Shown here: positions 29,228-43,250 of the stretch, in pieces
How positions within the stretch are numbered: the stretch's first letter is position 1
Layout: every line of letters starts with the position of its first letter
Assembly (NCBI RefSeq): GCF_009834535.1
Contig: NC_045697.1
Coordinates: 35,094,001 to 35,158,000, forward strand
From: Camelus ferus
Lineage: Eukaryota
Reading direction: 5' to 3'
Length of the DNA stretch: 64,000 nucleotides
Program-made: the position numbers and the translations under genes
Notes under the pieces: generated by a model
What the model saw: the letters and a program-made list of their open reading frames with translations, nothing else
What the model was told of the DNA's origin: nothing
Databases searched by the model: none

Positions 29228-31827
29228 AAGCTACTCAGATAGTTTCTAGAATTTTAATTTACATTTTAGAGACAAAAATGAAGATGAAACATTTTTAAGA
29301 TTTTGATTTGTCATGGTAGATACAAAACATATCTTTTCCTTTAATTAAGTTTCATAAGATCATAAGAGAGTTACAAAGTTTCTTTGGCTTTAACTTTACA
29401 ATAAATGTTTTAAACAAGAAGCCTATATTAGACCTTGGTACTTGAATTCTAGACTTTGATGAGGTATAAACTTAATGACATTTTAGCCTTTAAAGTCTCC
29501 TCAAAGAATTAAAGAAAGGAAGAAATTTTAGTTCAAACGATCTCTCAAATAACTCACCCTTACTGTCTTCTACTTCCTAAAAAGCATAAACATAAATTAA
29601 GCATAAACAAATATTCCTAGGTATCAAAATTGCGTATTTTAAGAAATTTGCCAATAAAGCCCAAAGTTTTAGGGAAATCTGTACTCATCTTCCAAATGAA
29701 GATTTATCTTCCAAATAATCTATATTGTCTTCCAAAATAAAAATACTTCAAGTTTAAAAACATCAAATTTTTATGAAAGTTACTTTTTCAGAGTTAATCT
29801 CTTTTACCTCCATCCACAAAGCTCTAATAAAATCCATTAGAAAAAGACCCACACCCCCAAACTGAAAACTGGACAAAGGACATGAAGAAACAAGCTACAA
29901 AAGATAAAACAGAAGAAGCCAATAACTATGAAAATAATATTTAACCTTACTAACATTTTAAAAATAAATAAAAATTAGATAACATTTTCACTTATCAAAG
30001 CAGTTTCCTCCAATTATATATTTCACTATAATGTTCGCCTTTGGTAAAGATATGTGAATTTTTCTCATATTCTGCTAATAGTTAAGAAAAAGGAATGGTT
30101 ACTCTAAGCAAGGTGAGAAGGCTAGTTTCCACATAACTAGATTAACTTGATGTCACTTGACTGCTTGAGTTAAATATTTTATCAGGTTAAGTATTACTAT
30201 TTCTCTACACGCTATTAAAATCTTTTGAAAATTTTATGTAAGCCCATGACAGAATAAAGACATAGTTGTTGAGTGTAATTCTTAAGAACACAATTCAGGC
30301 ACTGAATTACAACTTGTAGAAAAACCAGTGTCATAGTAAACATCCTTGGAATATAAATCTATTAAACTCTAACTGATAATAAAAAGAGTAAATCAAGACC
30401 TGAACAAACAACATATAAAATTAAAATAAAATTAAAAAATTAAAAGTGAGCATGTCTACTCTTTCTCTTCGATAAGATGCAAATGAAAAATAAATAAGTT
30501 ATTTTTAGACGGCTGACTCTCTCTATAGTACTATACTTAGCATATTTCATAAAACAATGATCTTTTTCATGCTTGTAAGACTCTTACACCCTTACAGGAT
30601 AAATTTAAATTCAATCAAAGGGAGCAGACAAGTGAGAAGAGACACAGAACCCCTAAACTGATGTATGTTTGGTTTCACTACTTTATAGCAATATGTCTCA
30701 GCTTTTTCTGCCTCTACTATATTCTTACACACCACACTCTAAACATAACATCCCTCAAAATACACAGTGACTCTCAATGACCGAGGTGTTTCAGATGATG
30801 GATGGGAAGGATAAGGGTGGGTGGATGTAGTTTAAAAAGACCCCAGTGGAGTCTGTGAAAGCTGCCTGCAGCACCCTCACCCCCAAGGACAGGTCTTTAG
30901 GGATGAAAGTTACTACACTGTAGTCACAACTTTATATATGGACATGCATATTACACACACACATTTATGTAGAGATTTATATAATACAGAAAGGTAACAA
31001 AATACCACACAATTGCTTACTATTATAATAACTATTACTTATATTGGCTAATAATAAACATGTTGATGATGACCTAGGAAAGAAAAGGTATAAGGTAAAT
31101 GGTCTTTGAATAAGAAAAAAAGTCAAAAATATCTCTGAATTTTAAAAGCAAAAGCAAAATTCTTAGTTTAAAAAGCAAGCCTATCCTAGCAAGTTACTTG
31201 TGGCTATCAACAAACTGCTTCTGAAGTTTATGTGAAGAGGCAAATGACCTGGAATAGCCAACACAACATTGAAGGAGGAGAACAAAGTTGGAGGACTTAC
31301 ACTACCCAACTTCAAGACTTACTTTAAAGCTACAGTAATCAAGACAGTGTGGTACTGGTTAAAGAATCCATAAATAGATCAGTGGAACAGAACAGAGAAC
31401 CCAGGAATAGACCCGTACAAATGCAGTCAACTGAAAATGATCTGTGACGGGGGAGCAAAGGCAATCCATAGAAAAAGGAGACTTTTCAACAAACAGTGCT
31501 GGAATGACTGAAAAAAAATGATTGCAAAAAAAAAAAAAATCTAGACACAACCTATACCTTTTACAAAAACTAATTCAAAATAAATCATAAATTAACTCAC
31601 AAATAAATAAGAATCTAGGCACAGAGCTTACATCTTTTATAAAAACTAACTCAAAATAAATCAATAGATCTAAATGTAAAATGCAAAACTACAAATTTCC
31701 ACACTATAAGAAGGAGAAAATCAAAGAGTTCTTGGGTTTGCCAAGGACTTTATAGATCCAACACCAAAATCAAAATCCATGAAAGAAAAATTGATAAACT
31801 GAGCTTTATTAAAATTAATAACTTCAG

Positions 31828-32066
31828 ATTTGTACATGTTAGCCACTATATATTAAAACATATTTGAAAAAACAAATTTCTTCTGCATAGCACAGGGAAC
31901 TATATTCAGTACCTTATAATAACCTTTAATGAAAAAGAATATGAAAATGAATACATATGTATGTATATGCATGACCAGGACATTGCACAGTACACCAGAA
32001 ATTTACACATTGTAACTGACTATACGTCAATAAAAAAATAAATAAATAAAATAAAAACAAAAAAAT
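31828..32066 (+). mobile_element. Younger L1 3' tail nested in the older L1
   Basis: Perfect TSD ttaataacttcag at 31815-31827 and 32067-32079. Body similar to 6771-6960. Confidence 0.88.
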
Positions 32067-32857
32067 TTAATAACTTCAGCTCTGCAAAAGACAGTTAAGA
32101 GCATGAAAAGATGGACTGGGAGAAAATCTTTCCAAAACACATATATGATAAAGAACTGTTATCCAATATATATAAATAATTCTTAAAACTCAATAAGCAA
32201 ATAAACAATCTAATTTTAAAATGGGCAAAATATTTGACTACATTCTTCACCAAAGAAGGCATATTGGTGACAAATACGCATATGAAAAGATGCTCCTACA
32301 TCATATGTCTACAGAAAAATGCAAATTAAGACAACAATAAAATACCATTACAGCTATTAGAACAACCAAAACCCATAACACTGACAACAATAAGTGCTGG
32401 TGAGAACGTGGAACAACAGGAATTCTTAGTCATCACTGGTGGGTATGTAAAAGGGAAGACAGTTTGAAGGTTTCTTACAAAACTAAATATATTCTTACCA
32501 CACAAGACAGCAACTGTGCTCTTTGGTATTTATCCAAAGGAAATGAAAACATCCACACAAAAACCTGCACACAGATGTTTACAGCAGCTTTATTCATAAT
32601 TGCCAAAACTTGGAAGCAACTAACATGTCCTTCAGTAGGTGAATGGATAAACAAACTGTGGTACATCCAGACACTGAAATATTATTCAGTGCTAAAATGA
32701 AATGAATTATCTAGCCATGAAAAGACTTGAAGGAAACCTAATTGCATATTACTAAGTGAAAGAAGCCAGTCTGAAAAAGTCATATACTGTATGATTCCAA
32801 CTGTCTGACATTCTAGAAAAGGCAAAACTATGGAGACAATAAAAAGATGAGTGTATA

Positions 32858-32947
32858 GGGGTGTAGGTGTAGCTCTGTGGTAGAGTGCGTGCTTAGCATC
32901 GTCCAGGTCCTGAGTTCAGTCCACAGTACCTCCATTTAAAAAAAAAA
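32858..32947 (+). mobile_element. tRNA-Ala-derived SINE (Vic-1 type) nested in L1
   Basis: gtagctctgtggtagagtgcgtgcttagcat...gtcctgagttcagtccacagtacctcc plus A tail. Degenerate TSD aaagat(g/c)agtg. Confidence 0.82.
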
Positions 32948-35900
32948 GAAAGATCAGTGATTGCCAGGGTTTGAAGGAAAGGAAGGAGAAATAGGTGGAG
33001 CAAAGAGGATTTTTAGGGGCATGATGGTACTCAGAATGATATTGTAATGATGGATATATGTTATTTTATATTTGCTAAAACCCATAGAATGCACATCAAA
33101 AGTGACCATGTTGTAAATTATGGATTGGGGTGATTATGTTGTATTTATGTACATTCATCAATTGTAACCAATGTTCGACACTAATGTAAAATGTCAACAG
33201 TAGGGGAGCAGGAGCCAGGGTGGGAGGTGGGGGGTTCAGGGAGAACAGGAGAAGGGAGTACATGGGAAGTCTCTGCACTTCCTTCTCAAACTTCTGTAAA
33301 CTTGACACTGCTCTTTACAAAAGTCTATTAATTTTTTTAAAAAGAAAGAAAAGTCTATTCTATTCTTATCAGCCAGAACCAAAAGGAAGAGTCACAGTAA
33401 ACAACAGCTCAAGCTAAAGCTTAAAACAATAATGTACTTGGCTCAACCTCAGAGAAAGAAAATGTCAAAAACACAAATCAGGTTATACAGTACACAAATT
33501 CAAAGTAAAAATAAAGATAGCAAAATCAGTATTCGGGAATAATAGAAAACTTCAACTTCTGGGGAGGCCAGTTGGATGGGTGTACCTTTCAACTACCAAA
33601 AGGAAAACTGTGCATCTGAAAGCAACTATTTCTTAAGAGGAATAAAGAAAATGTAAGTAATGTGTGTGTTGTACGTGTTGAGAGGTACAATATGAAAGCA
33701 TCATTTGATGGCCTCAGTGCACAAACACAATTTGCTGTATAAGGCAAGGTATACCTCAAAATTCCTTCAAAAATGAAGGAATCTCTTACCAGATACTGTT
33801 TACTTCTGATGGAATCAAAGCATTACTTAATACTTATTAAGGTATTTTGCATATTTTTATACTAACAAATCAAATCTTATTGCAACTGACAAGCTGGTAA
33901 ATGGCTCTCTTTAAAAAAAAAGAAATTAAAAAGTGTCCTTGGTTTGCACCACTTGCTAATTTCCATTGTGGAAATCTCCCATCATGGCTGATTTCAAGTC
34001 ACCAATAATTTAACAACCAGCTGGTAAAATTCCTGGCAGGAACTAGATCCAAAACACTACTTCAAGTTATTGTTCATTTATGATAAGGAAATTGACTTCT
34101 AATTAAAGTCAGTTGTCACATTTGAATGGAATGTGAACTTTGGTCCTCAGTTTAAGAACTTTCAGATCAGTGACTGTTTCCTCCAGAACTGCCAGATATT
34201 ATTCTTTTATGCCAGACATATCCTTTTGTTTTTTTCCTTCTTAAAACTCTATATTATTAAACATACTCTTTGCTGAGAATAACTATTTCCCAAATAGAAT
34301 ATTTTGGTTGCATCTTCAAATTCATTTACATAAAGTGGGCTAAAAAGAAAAGGCTTCCCCATTTTGATCACGTATATATTTACTTATATTTTCTTATAAC
34401 TCTTTAAGTTAGTTTTATTTATTTCACTTAAATCTGTCCAACTAGGATTTATTGCAGGTGTTACACAATAAAGACTTCATTATTTTTCCCCACTATTTAA
34501 TCAATTCTTCTGGGTACCTTTAGTTTAATTTTGTCACTGATTTTATTCACTATCACAAACTAAATTCATACTCAAATATGCTTTCTATCCTGCTCATTAA
34601 CAATCAGTTTCTGTATCAGCACCATTCTTTAAATTATTGTAGCTTGGTAATACGCTTTATTATCTGCTGGCACAAATACTCCTGGTTTACTCATTATCTT
34701 CAATAATTTCTCATCTATTGTCATTCACTTATACTTCCAAGCTTATGCATACCTTCACAAAATAATTAGAAGAAAACTGACATCTTAATTAAGACTTCTC
34801 ATCTAGAACCTGGCATTCCCTCACCAGTTTGTCTTCTTTCACGTACCCAAAGAAAAACATATCATTTCTTTCTAGAAGAATTTACCTAATTCTTATTAAT
34901 TCTATTCCTAAATACTTTAAGTGTCTATTCTGTGTGAATGAAATCACCTTCCTCACTACTCAGTCCAACTTTTTGCTTCTGGATGAATTTCAATGGACAG
35001 AAAACTTAAGAGTTGCTTGTTCTTTGTACAGCTGCCCTTAAAATGTTTATTTATCCTAGTCTAAATTATTCCCATTGAAAAGAGTTTCTAAACATAGAAG
35101 TCCTATGACCTGTTTGGCATATTTCCAATGTCTTTTACTTAAAATCTGCTACAGAAATACCACTTATTATAAAGCTGAAGAAAAATGACCCATCATTTAA
35201 ATAATCCATCATTCACTCAGCCAGAGTCTCCCTGAGATTATTATTTTCCTGTACTCTTTTGAACCTTCAGAAGTTCAGCTGAGAAACTATTCTAAAAATT
35301 TCAAAATAATGTGGTATTTTTAAAATATGCATGGACCTAGGAGTCAGAAGAGGCCTTGACTTGACTTGGCTACTTGGTATCATTATAATCTTAGTTAAAT
35401 TATATAACCTCTCTAAACTTTTGCTTCCTCTCCAGAAAATAAACAAGTTGAGTTATATCTCAACCATGCGTATGGTATCAGAAGCAATAAAAAAGTTGTT
35501 TTCTTTTTCATTCCCCACTCTTCCGCCCATAAAAAATTCACTGCCAATGAAAAATCTATTGTGGCAAACTTCTCCTCTGGCCAGACTTGAGCCAGGGTAT
35601 CAGCACAGGATAGCCCTAAAGTGAACACATGAACACTAGAATCCTCCAGCAAACATACCCAGTTGTTTCATCCATCAAACATACCTAGACCCAGCATCTG
35701 GCGGAGGTAACAGGTGCATATGGTTATGTGGTCATTTTTCTTTGGCTGCTAAGAAGGCGAGCAGAGTCTAAAAATAGGTGGGCTGAGTCCCCCACACCTC
35801 TTAGGCTGAGACAATATGAGAAGACCAAGAACAAAGGGGTTTCCTCTTAATTTCTTAACTGGTCGCTAATTAAGAGAGGCTTACAGCGACTCAGACTGCT

Positions 35901-36659
35901 TTCTCTTCCATCACACGTGGGACTACATTTTAAAGTAGTATTGTATGGCCCACAATTAGTCAACAAAGAAATGTAACTGCACATCTACTGGTATCCAGCA
36001 GCCAGAGACAAAGGAAACAAGTAAAATACTTACCAAACACCAGCAGCAAAAATTTTTATAGGTTTCAAAACATCAAACTTATTTCAATTAAAACAGAAAC
36101 TAAATGAAGATGCTGATTCTTGCTTATCATTCCACACCGTCAAGGTTATGGGGTAATATAAGTAAATACAATAATACAAGAAAATGAGATCATTGTTACA
36201 AATATTGAAAAAGATGACATGAAATTTCCATGCTAACTAGGATTTACCACATAGAAATGAAAATGGATAAAAATCTATTCCCAAATATAAAATTGGTTGA
36301 GATAAATTTAATTAAAAAGCATAGAACTTATATAGAAGAAACTACAAGAACTTTTTAAAGAACATAAAAAAAGATCAGAACAAAGAGAAGAACACATTTG
36401 TAGAAAAGAGGCACTTGTTGTCAAGTGTCAGTTTTCAAAAAATTAATATATTAGTATAATTCTAATCAAGACTTCAATACTATTTTTTTAGGTTGTATTG
36501 GATAAAATTATCTTAGAGTATACTTGGAGGAATAAATATACAAGAACAGCTCAAAGAATTATTTAAAAAGAATAGAAATAATATTTTCTAAATCAGAAGA
36601 GAATTATAATCAGAACAGATTATAATTATAATCAAAACATTACATAAAAATGTAATATA

Positions 36660-37505
36660 AAATGCTCAATATTGCTAATCATCAGGGAAATGCAAATCAA
36701 AACCACAATGAGGTATCACTTCAAACCTGTTGGAATGATTATCATCAAACAAAAATAACTTATGCTGGGGAGGATGTGGAAAAAAGGGAACTCTTGTAAA
36801 CTCTTGGTGGGATGTAAACTGGTATAGCTACTATGAAAAACAGTACAGAGGTTTCTCAAAAAAACTAAAAATAGAACTACCATATGACCCAGAAATTCCA
36901 CCCCTGGGTATATATCCAAAACAAAAACAAAAACAAAAACACTAATTTGAAAAGACACATGCACCCCAATGTTCATAGCAGCATTATTTACAATTGCCAA
37001 GATATGGAAGTAACCTAAGTGTCAATCAACAGATGAGTGGATAAAGAAGATGTGGTATACATATATACAATGGAATACTACTCAGCCATTAAAAATGAAA
37101 TTTTGCCATTTGCAACAACATGGACAGACTTGGAGGGTATTAGGCTAAAAATAAGTCAGGCAGAGAAAGATAAATATTATATGATATCACTTATATGTGG
37201 AATCTAAAAAATAAAAGAAACCAGTGAATATAATAAAAAAGACTCACAGATATACAGAGAACAAAGCAGTGGTAACCAGTGGGGAGAAAGAAGAGGAAGG
37301 GACAATATAGGGGTAGGAAATTAAGAGGTGCAAACTATTATGTATAAAATAAGCTACAAGGATATATTGTACAATACAGGGAATATATCCAGTAGTCTAT
37401 AATAACTATAAATGGAGCATAACCTTTAAAAATTGTGAATCACTATATTGTATACCTGTAGCTTATATAATATTGTACATCAACTATACATCAATTAAAA
37501 AAAAA
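36660..37505 (+). mobile_element. L1 3' end (ORF2 C-terminus plus 3' UTR)
   Basis: aatgcaaatcaaaaccacaatgag; gcaccccaatgttcatagcagcattatttacaattgccaagatatgga; ends in an A tail. Confidence 0.9.
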
Positions 37506-39569
37506 CTCTTAGTAAAATGGGTTAAAATATATATATAAAATATAAAATGACTATATCAGAACATAATGTAAAAGTAATCAACTCAGTGAATGTAAGATTA
37601 ATGTAAAAAATTAGAGAACCCCCCCCAAAATCCAAGAATAAGAATTCAACATAGGAAAGGGATGATTTATTTAGTAATAATGCTGAAATATGTCACTAAT
37701 CACCTAGAGGAAAATAAATATAATATATCAAAAAACAAATTACAGATGGATATGAAGTTAAAATGTTTTTAAAGTTTTAGAAAAAAATTCAAAGTCAACA
37801 TGTATAATCCAGGAGAGGAGACCTTTAGCTAAGACAGAAAGCCCAAAGTTATAAAAAAAAGGCGAATGCATTCAACCATATAAAAATTTTAAATATTTAA
37901 AGGCAAATGATACCATAAATAAGAAAGGACAAAGTCGGAGGGAAAGAATAAAATGTAGATAACAAAAATATAAAATATTCAAAGAGCTCTTATAAGTTAA
38001 CAACAACAAAAAAAAAAAAACAGAGAAAAATTGGCAAAAGATATAATTAGACAATTCACACAAGAACCAATCTAAAAAGACAAGAAACATGTGAAAAAAA
38101 TACTAAAAGTTTGTAATGCCCAGAAAATGCAAATTAAACTAGCAGTGAACTTTCATTCTATACACAAATATTAAATTGTGGCAAATATTAAAAAGAATAA
38201 TTGGATCTTGCTGGCAAGGTATAGGGAAACTGACACTTAACACATTACTGATGGAAATGTAATGTCCATGTATGTAAAGTTCAGTAGGGTGGGCAAAAGG
38301 ATGAATGTTCTACCCCTATAGCAGAGCATCACAAATATAAAATTTTTTGATCTCCATACAACTTCCTGATTACAATTTAGCTTTGTATGACCTACCCCAC
38401 AAGGAGAGCAAAGAATGGTCTGCCAGCTCCAGCATTAACGTTCATTCACTTGGCGTTATTTCTCACCGTAAAGTAGTAAATTGGCAAACATAAAAACTTG
38501 TCTCTGTCAGACTGTTTATGATTCCATCCCCTGAAAAAGATTTCATATCCACTCTCAGTATTCTGGCAAAGTCAAGTTTTCTGACTTGATGTTGGTCTTT
38601 GCTGGCCTTCTCTGGCAATTTCTTAAATCAGAATCAAAATCTTTGGAGGGAGGCCCGAGCATCTGTATGTCTTTGAAAACTCCCCAACGTGACTCTGTTG
38701 TGCAGCTAGGGTGGAGCACTGCTGACTTCCACTATTCTTCTAAAGCATAACAGTTGGTTCTACACAATGATTTTACTTAAACCTAATTTTGATGATTAAA
38801 AAGTTTCAAAAACACCATAAACAAGAAAACCTATTTATTTAATACCACAAGTAATATCCATCAAGCAATTCAGAGAGAGTTAAATGAGTGTCAGGTACAA
38901 AGCTCTAGGAAGCAGAGTGAAGGATCAATAAGATAATTCAAAAGCCTAATTTTTAAAAAGTCATATATAGTTCTCCCAATTCATATTAGATATCTTGATG
39001 AGCTATTTCTCTCTCAGGGTTTCAGCCACTTCACTTTACTCACTGTCCATGACCCAAACCACATATCTTGGTGCCCTATCAATTCTCTGCCTTTCATCAT
39101 CAGTGATTTCAAAGGGTGAAATTTCAATGATCTAAACTTTAGAGCTATCGATTCCTTCCTCTGCTCTATATTCCATATCTAGTCTAGCCATCAAAACCCA
39201 TCACTACTAGAAGTTACCCTCACTTCCTTTTTCTGCATAGCTAAATTTTAAGTTCAGGTCCTAAAAGCAGTCTATGTAGACTCCTAAAAAATCTTCCTTC
39301 CAGTTATCCCTGCCTCTTAGCAGATGAAATACCGACTTCACAAGCAGCCAATGGAATACTTTATCCATGAACCATTCGAGGACCTATATATCAAACCATG
39401 GCAATCCACTGCCTCTGTAATCTGCATAAAAAAGCATCACTATACTTATCTTCAAGAATATTACACTAAGGCCATTTTATTGGAACCATCATTTTCTTTT
39501 CTTCCACAGTCTCCCTGCAATAAGAATGACTCATTCATATACTGCTCCAAAATTTTATGTGAATTTTTT

Positions 39570-40190
39570 TCATCTTTTTTTGCAAAACACTTTAAGAGCA
39601 ATTTTAGGCTCACAGCCAAATTGAGAGGAAGGTACCGAGATTTCCCAAATACCTCCTGCTCCCACACATGCATAGCCTCTTCCATTATTAACATCCTCTA
39701 GTATATCTGTTACAATTCATCAATCCACAGCAACACATCTTTATCACCCAATGTCCGCAGTTTACATTAGGGTTCACTCTTTGTGTTGTAAATTCTATAG
39801 GTCTGAACAAATGTATTCATTATTATAGTATTATACAGGGTAGTTTCCCTGCCCTAAAAATCCTCTGTGCTCCAGCTATTCATCCCTCCTCCTCCCCAAC
39901 CCCCAGCAATCACTCATCTTTTTACTGTCTCCATAGTTTTCCCTTTCCAGAAAGTCATATGATTGGAATCATACAGCATGTAACCTTTTCAGACTGGCTT
40001 GTTTCACTTAGTAATAGGCAATTAAGTTTCTTCCATGTCTTTTCATGATCTGATAACTCATTTCATTTTAGGACTGGATAATATTCCATTGTCTGGATGT
40101 ATCACAGTTTATTTGTCCATTTACCTACTGAAGGACATCTTGGTTGCTTCCAAGTTTTGGCAATTATGACTAAAGCTCTATAAACACCAG
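39570..40190 (-). mobile_element. L1 3' UTR fragment (L1MC-like)
   Basis: aattttaggctcacagccaaattgag...tgaaggacatcttggttgcttccaagttttggcaattatga. Confidence 0.85.
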
Positions 40191-42867
40191 TGAAACTTAT
40201 TTTAAACAAAAAAGATCCATTTAATGCATCTAATGTAATCTGTATTTGATTATGTTACATTGCTACTATACTGCATGTAAATGGATATTAATTCATTCTT
40301 CATTTTTAATGAATGCCTTTGCTAACTACTTTCTGTATCACATGGTTCAATAAATATAACTAGAAAAATAGCTCTTAAAACAATTCACATGATATTCTGC
40401 TGTGAACTACCATCATATTTAAAATTCATTATCTTCTAGTAGAAATGGGTCTGAGAATTTGGAATTTGGTTTCCATAGCCTTCTCCATTGAAAGGGGGTT
40501 CTCTTTTTGTAAAAACCCTTAAAACTTTACTCATTTTAGCAAACTTTTTGAAAACTGGGAAATAGCGTGCTTAATAAAAACCAGCTAGTAGACACAAAAT
40601 AAAATTGTCAGAAATTCCACTGAACAGGCAGTGTCCTGTGACATCCTGCATTAACAGATTAGGAGGAGGAATAATCAAGAGAACACAGCCCATTCCATCC
40701 TGCAAAAGGTTAGCAAACTGTGTCTTTTCAATGTGGTAATAGGAGTGAAAACATGGTTACCTCCAGAAAAGAAGTCTAAGACATTGGCCAGTAGTGGAAC
40801 AGCCCAGAACCAAATGATCTGGGATCTAAACACTGTAACAGGCCAGATACCTATGAGATGTCGTATTTAAAATATTTAGCAATCAGTTCAGAGGGACAGT
40901 CAGGACAGCTTCTAGCTGTAAATACCAGCACAGCCATAAGGATGCATGATAGCTAAGTATCAGCACTGGGGCAGAATGTGGTATCTCAAGTTTGATAACA
41001 GGTGAAACGCACCAGGGAGGTCCAAGAAAGAACATCTGATATGGTAGCAAACAGGTGGATAATGCAAAGTCTAAGAACAAGAAATATGCAGCCATGCACC
41101 TGGAGAGGTGGGTTTAATCATTAAAAGGTTCTATTAGCAGAACTTGATTCTTGTTGTTTTTATTTTTGGATGAGAACTTCATTGTCTTGGAGGGCAAAGC
41201 AGGGTCCTGTATTTGGAGAGAATGGAATACCAAAGAGTTTGACAAGGCAAGGCTCAGGAAGGAAGATACACCAATTATTAAATGTGGAGGCTTTGATACA
41301 AGGATGGGTAGCAGCCCAGACACTGGAACTGATGGAAAAAAAAATCAGGCCCATACTCACTTAGTGAGATTAGACTGACACTGAGTTGTAAAGACTAGTG
41401 AGCTAGGGTTCTCCCAAACTAACTCCCGACTGTAGCATAGGATTGGAGCCAGGACCTTACATAAGATAGAGTCTACATGTGACTACAACAGAAGATACAA
41501 AGGAAGAAAGGTTGTGACATCAAGGTTTATGGAATAGTGGGCCTGAAACTTACCATAGACAATACACTGACCTTTACAAATCCTCTCAGATACCTATGAA
41601 TACTGTGACCATCTGTGTTAGAGTTTCTTGATTTCAAATTTTCTATGTAATTATTAGACTATGTATCTTTTATTCTAATATTTACCAATGAAAAGATTCA
41701 AAACAAATCATGAAACCAAATACTTAATGAGTCAGATAATCAGGTGCACTTCTCACAACACAAAAGTTTAGTCTTGAAGATAAAAATTCTCCTTTGTCAA
41801 ATGAAGTAAACCTAGCTTAAAGAGTTAGAATATTTAAAATAAAATTGAAGAAAGCAGGCTTATGATTCCTAAATTCAATGATATCTGTAGCTAGGAACTC
41901 CAAATTCAGGGACCATCACAGAGTTCACACTGTTTCCTTAACAGCAAATGAGTTGGATTCCTTTTCTAGGCTTCATTTTTAAAAGAAGACAGATTTCTGC
42001 GAGGGATGAGAAGTATTTGGGCAATAAGCAATAGGTGATTCTTCTCCACTAGCACCAACATTAACTCTCAATGGATACATCACTGAAGTTAATGTCAATG
42101 AGAACATAAATTACCCTACCAAGTTCATTTTATAAAAGCTTAGTTAAAAATCTCCTTTACCTTCCATATCTAACCCAAGACATATTGTTCCTACCTTTTA
42201 AATAGTTCCACATCCATGATTAAATGAGTTAGTATCTTGTAAAGCACTTAGAAGAGTACCCACCCACCCATGTGTTAGGCACGATATACACGTTTGCTAA
42301 ATAAAGAAATAACATTTGTTCATTTGTTCAACCTTCATCTCACATCTGGTCTACTGCATCCTAACGCATCTCCCTACACATGCTGCACCCCTCTCTCCAC
42401 CCAATTTTCTGTCCCCATCTGATGAAAAATGGAAGTCTAATAAAATCACCCTAACACTGTCACAAAGTCCATCAATGGCAACCCTCTTGTTTTAGGTTTA
42501 AGACCAAAATCTATAATAAGGTCCTCAAGATTCCATGTGGTCTAGTCCCTGCCTACCTTTCCAGTTAATTCCCATCACACCCGAGACCTCTCTGCTCCAG
42601 CCAAACTGGCCATATTTTCTCCCATTTCTAGCAAATTCTACCCTTTCTGCCTACCCACTCTTCCCTCAAACTGTTAACTATTTCTTCCTCCACCTTTTGC
42701 TAAAGTCTCACGAGATCAGGGAAATCTTTAAATTGAAATATGAAGGATTAAAACAAGTTAGATAAGTTTGGGTATGTGTATGGGTATGTGGGGTTTTTTT
42801 GGGGGGGGCACTCTTAGTGCACTTTAACTTATCTGAGCCCCAATTTACTTTTCTATAAAAATGGCAA

Positions 42868-43250
42868 TTTATCAACTGATGAATGAATAAACCAAATGTG
42901 GTATATCCATACAACGGAGTATCATTCAGCCACAAAAAGTAATGAAGTACCAACACATGCTACAAAAGGATGAACCCTGGAAATACGCTAAGTGAAAGAA
43001 GACAGTCACAAAAGAACACCTGTAGTATGATTCCATTTATATGAAATGTCCAGAAGAGGCAAATCCATAGAAAAAGAAGTTAGATTATGGGTATAAGGTT
43101 TCCTTTTAAGGTGATGAAAATGTTTGACAATTAGAAAGTAGTGATGGTTGTACAACTCTGTGAATGCACTAAAAATTACTGAATGATACACTTTAAAAGA
43201 ACTAATTTTATGGTGTGTGAATTATGTCACAATTAAAGCTGTTATTTTTT
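42868..43250 (+). mobile_element. L1 3' end (L1MB-like) inserted into a MIR (halves at about 42790-42867 and 43251-43420)
   Basis: aaatgtggtatatccatacaacggagtatcattcagcc...gtgatggttgtacaactctgtgaat. The MIR core is split around it, with flanks aaatggcaat / aaacagcaat. Confidence 0.75.

Larger units (their letters stand above)
31185..33350 (+). mobile_element. L1 (L1MC-like) ORF2 3' part and 3' UTR, carrying two nested younger insertions
   Basis: aaagctacagtaatcaagacagtgtggtactgg; ORF fragment TKTCTQMFTAALFIIAKTWKQ; gaaagaagccagtctgaaaa. Confidence 0.9.

Noticed and set aside
39324..39701. 125-aa plus-strand ORF
   Set aside because: It runs into an antisense L1 3' UTR and has no recognisable protein features.
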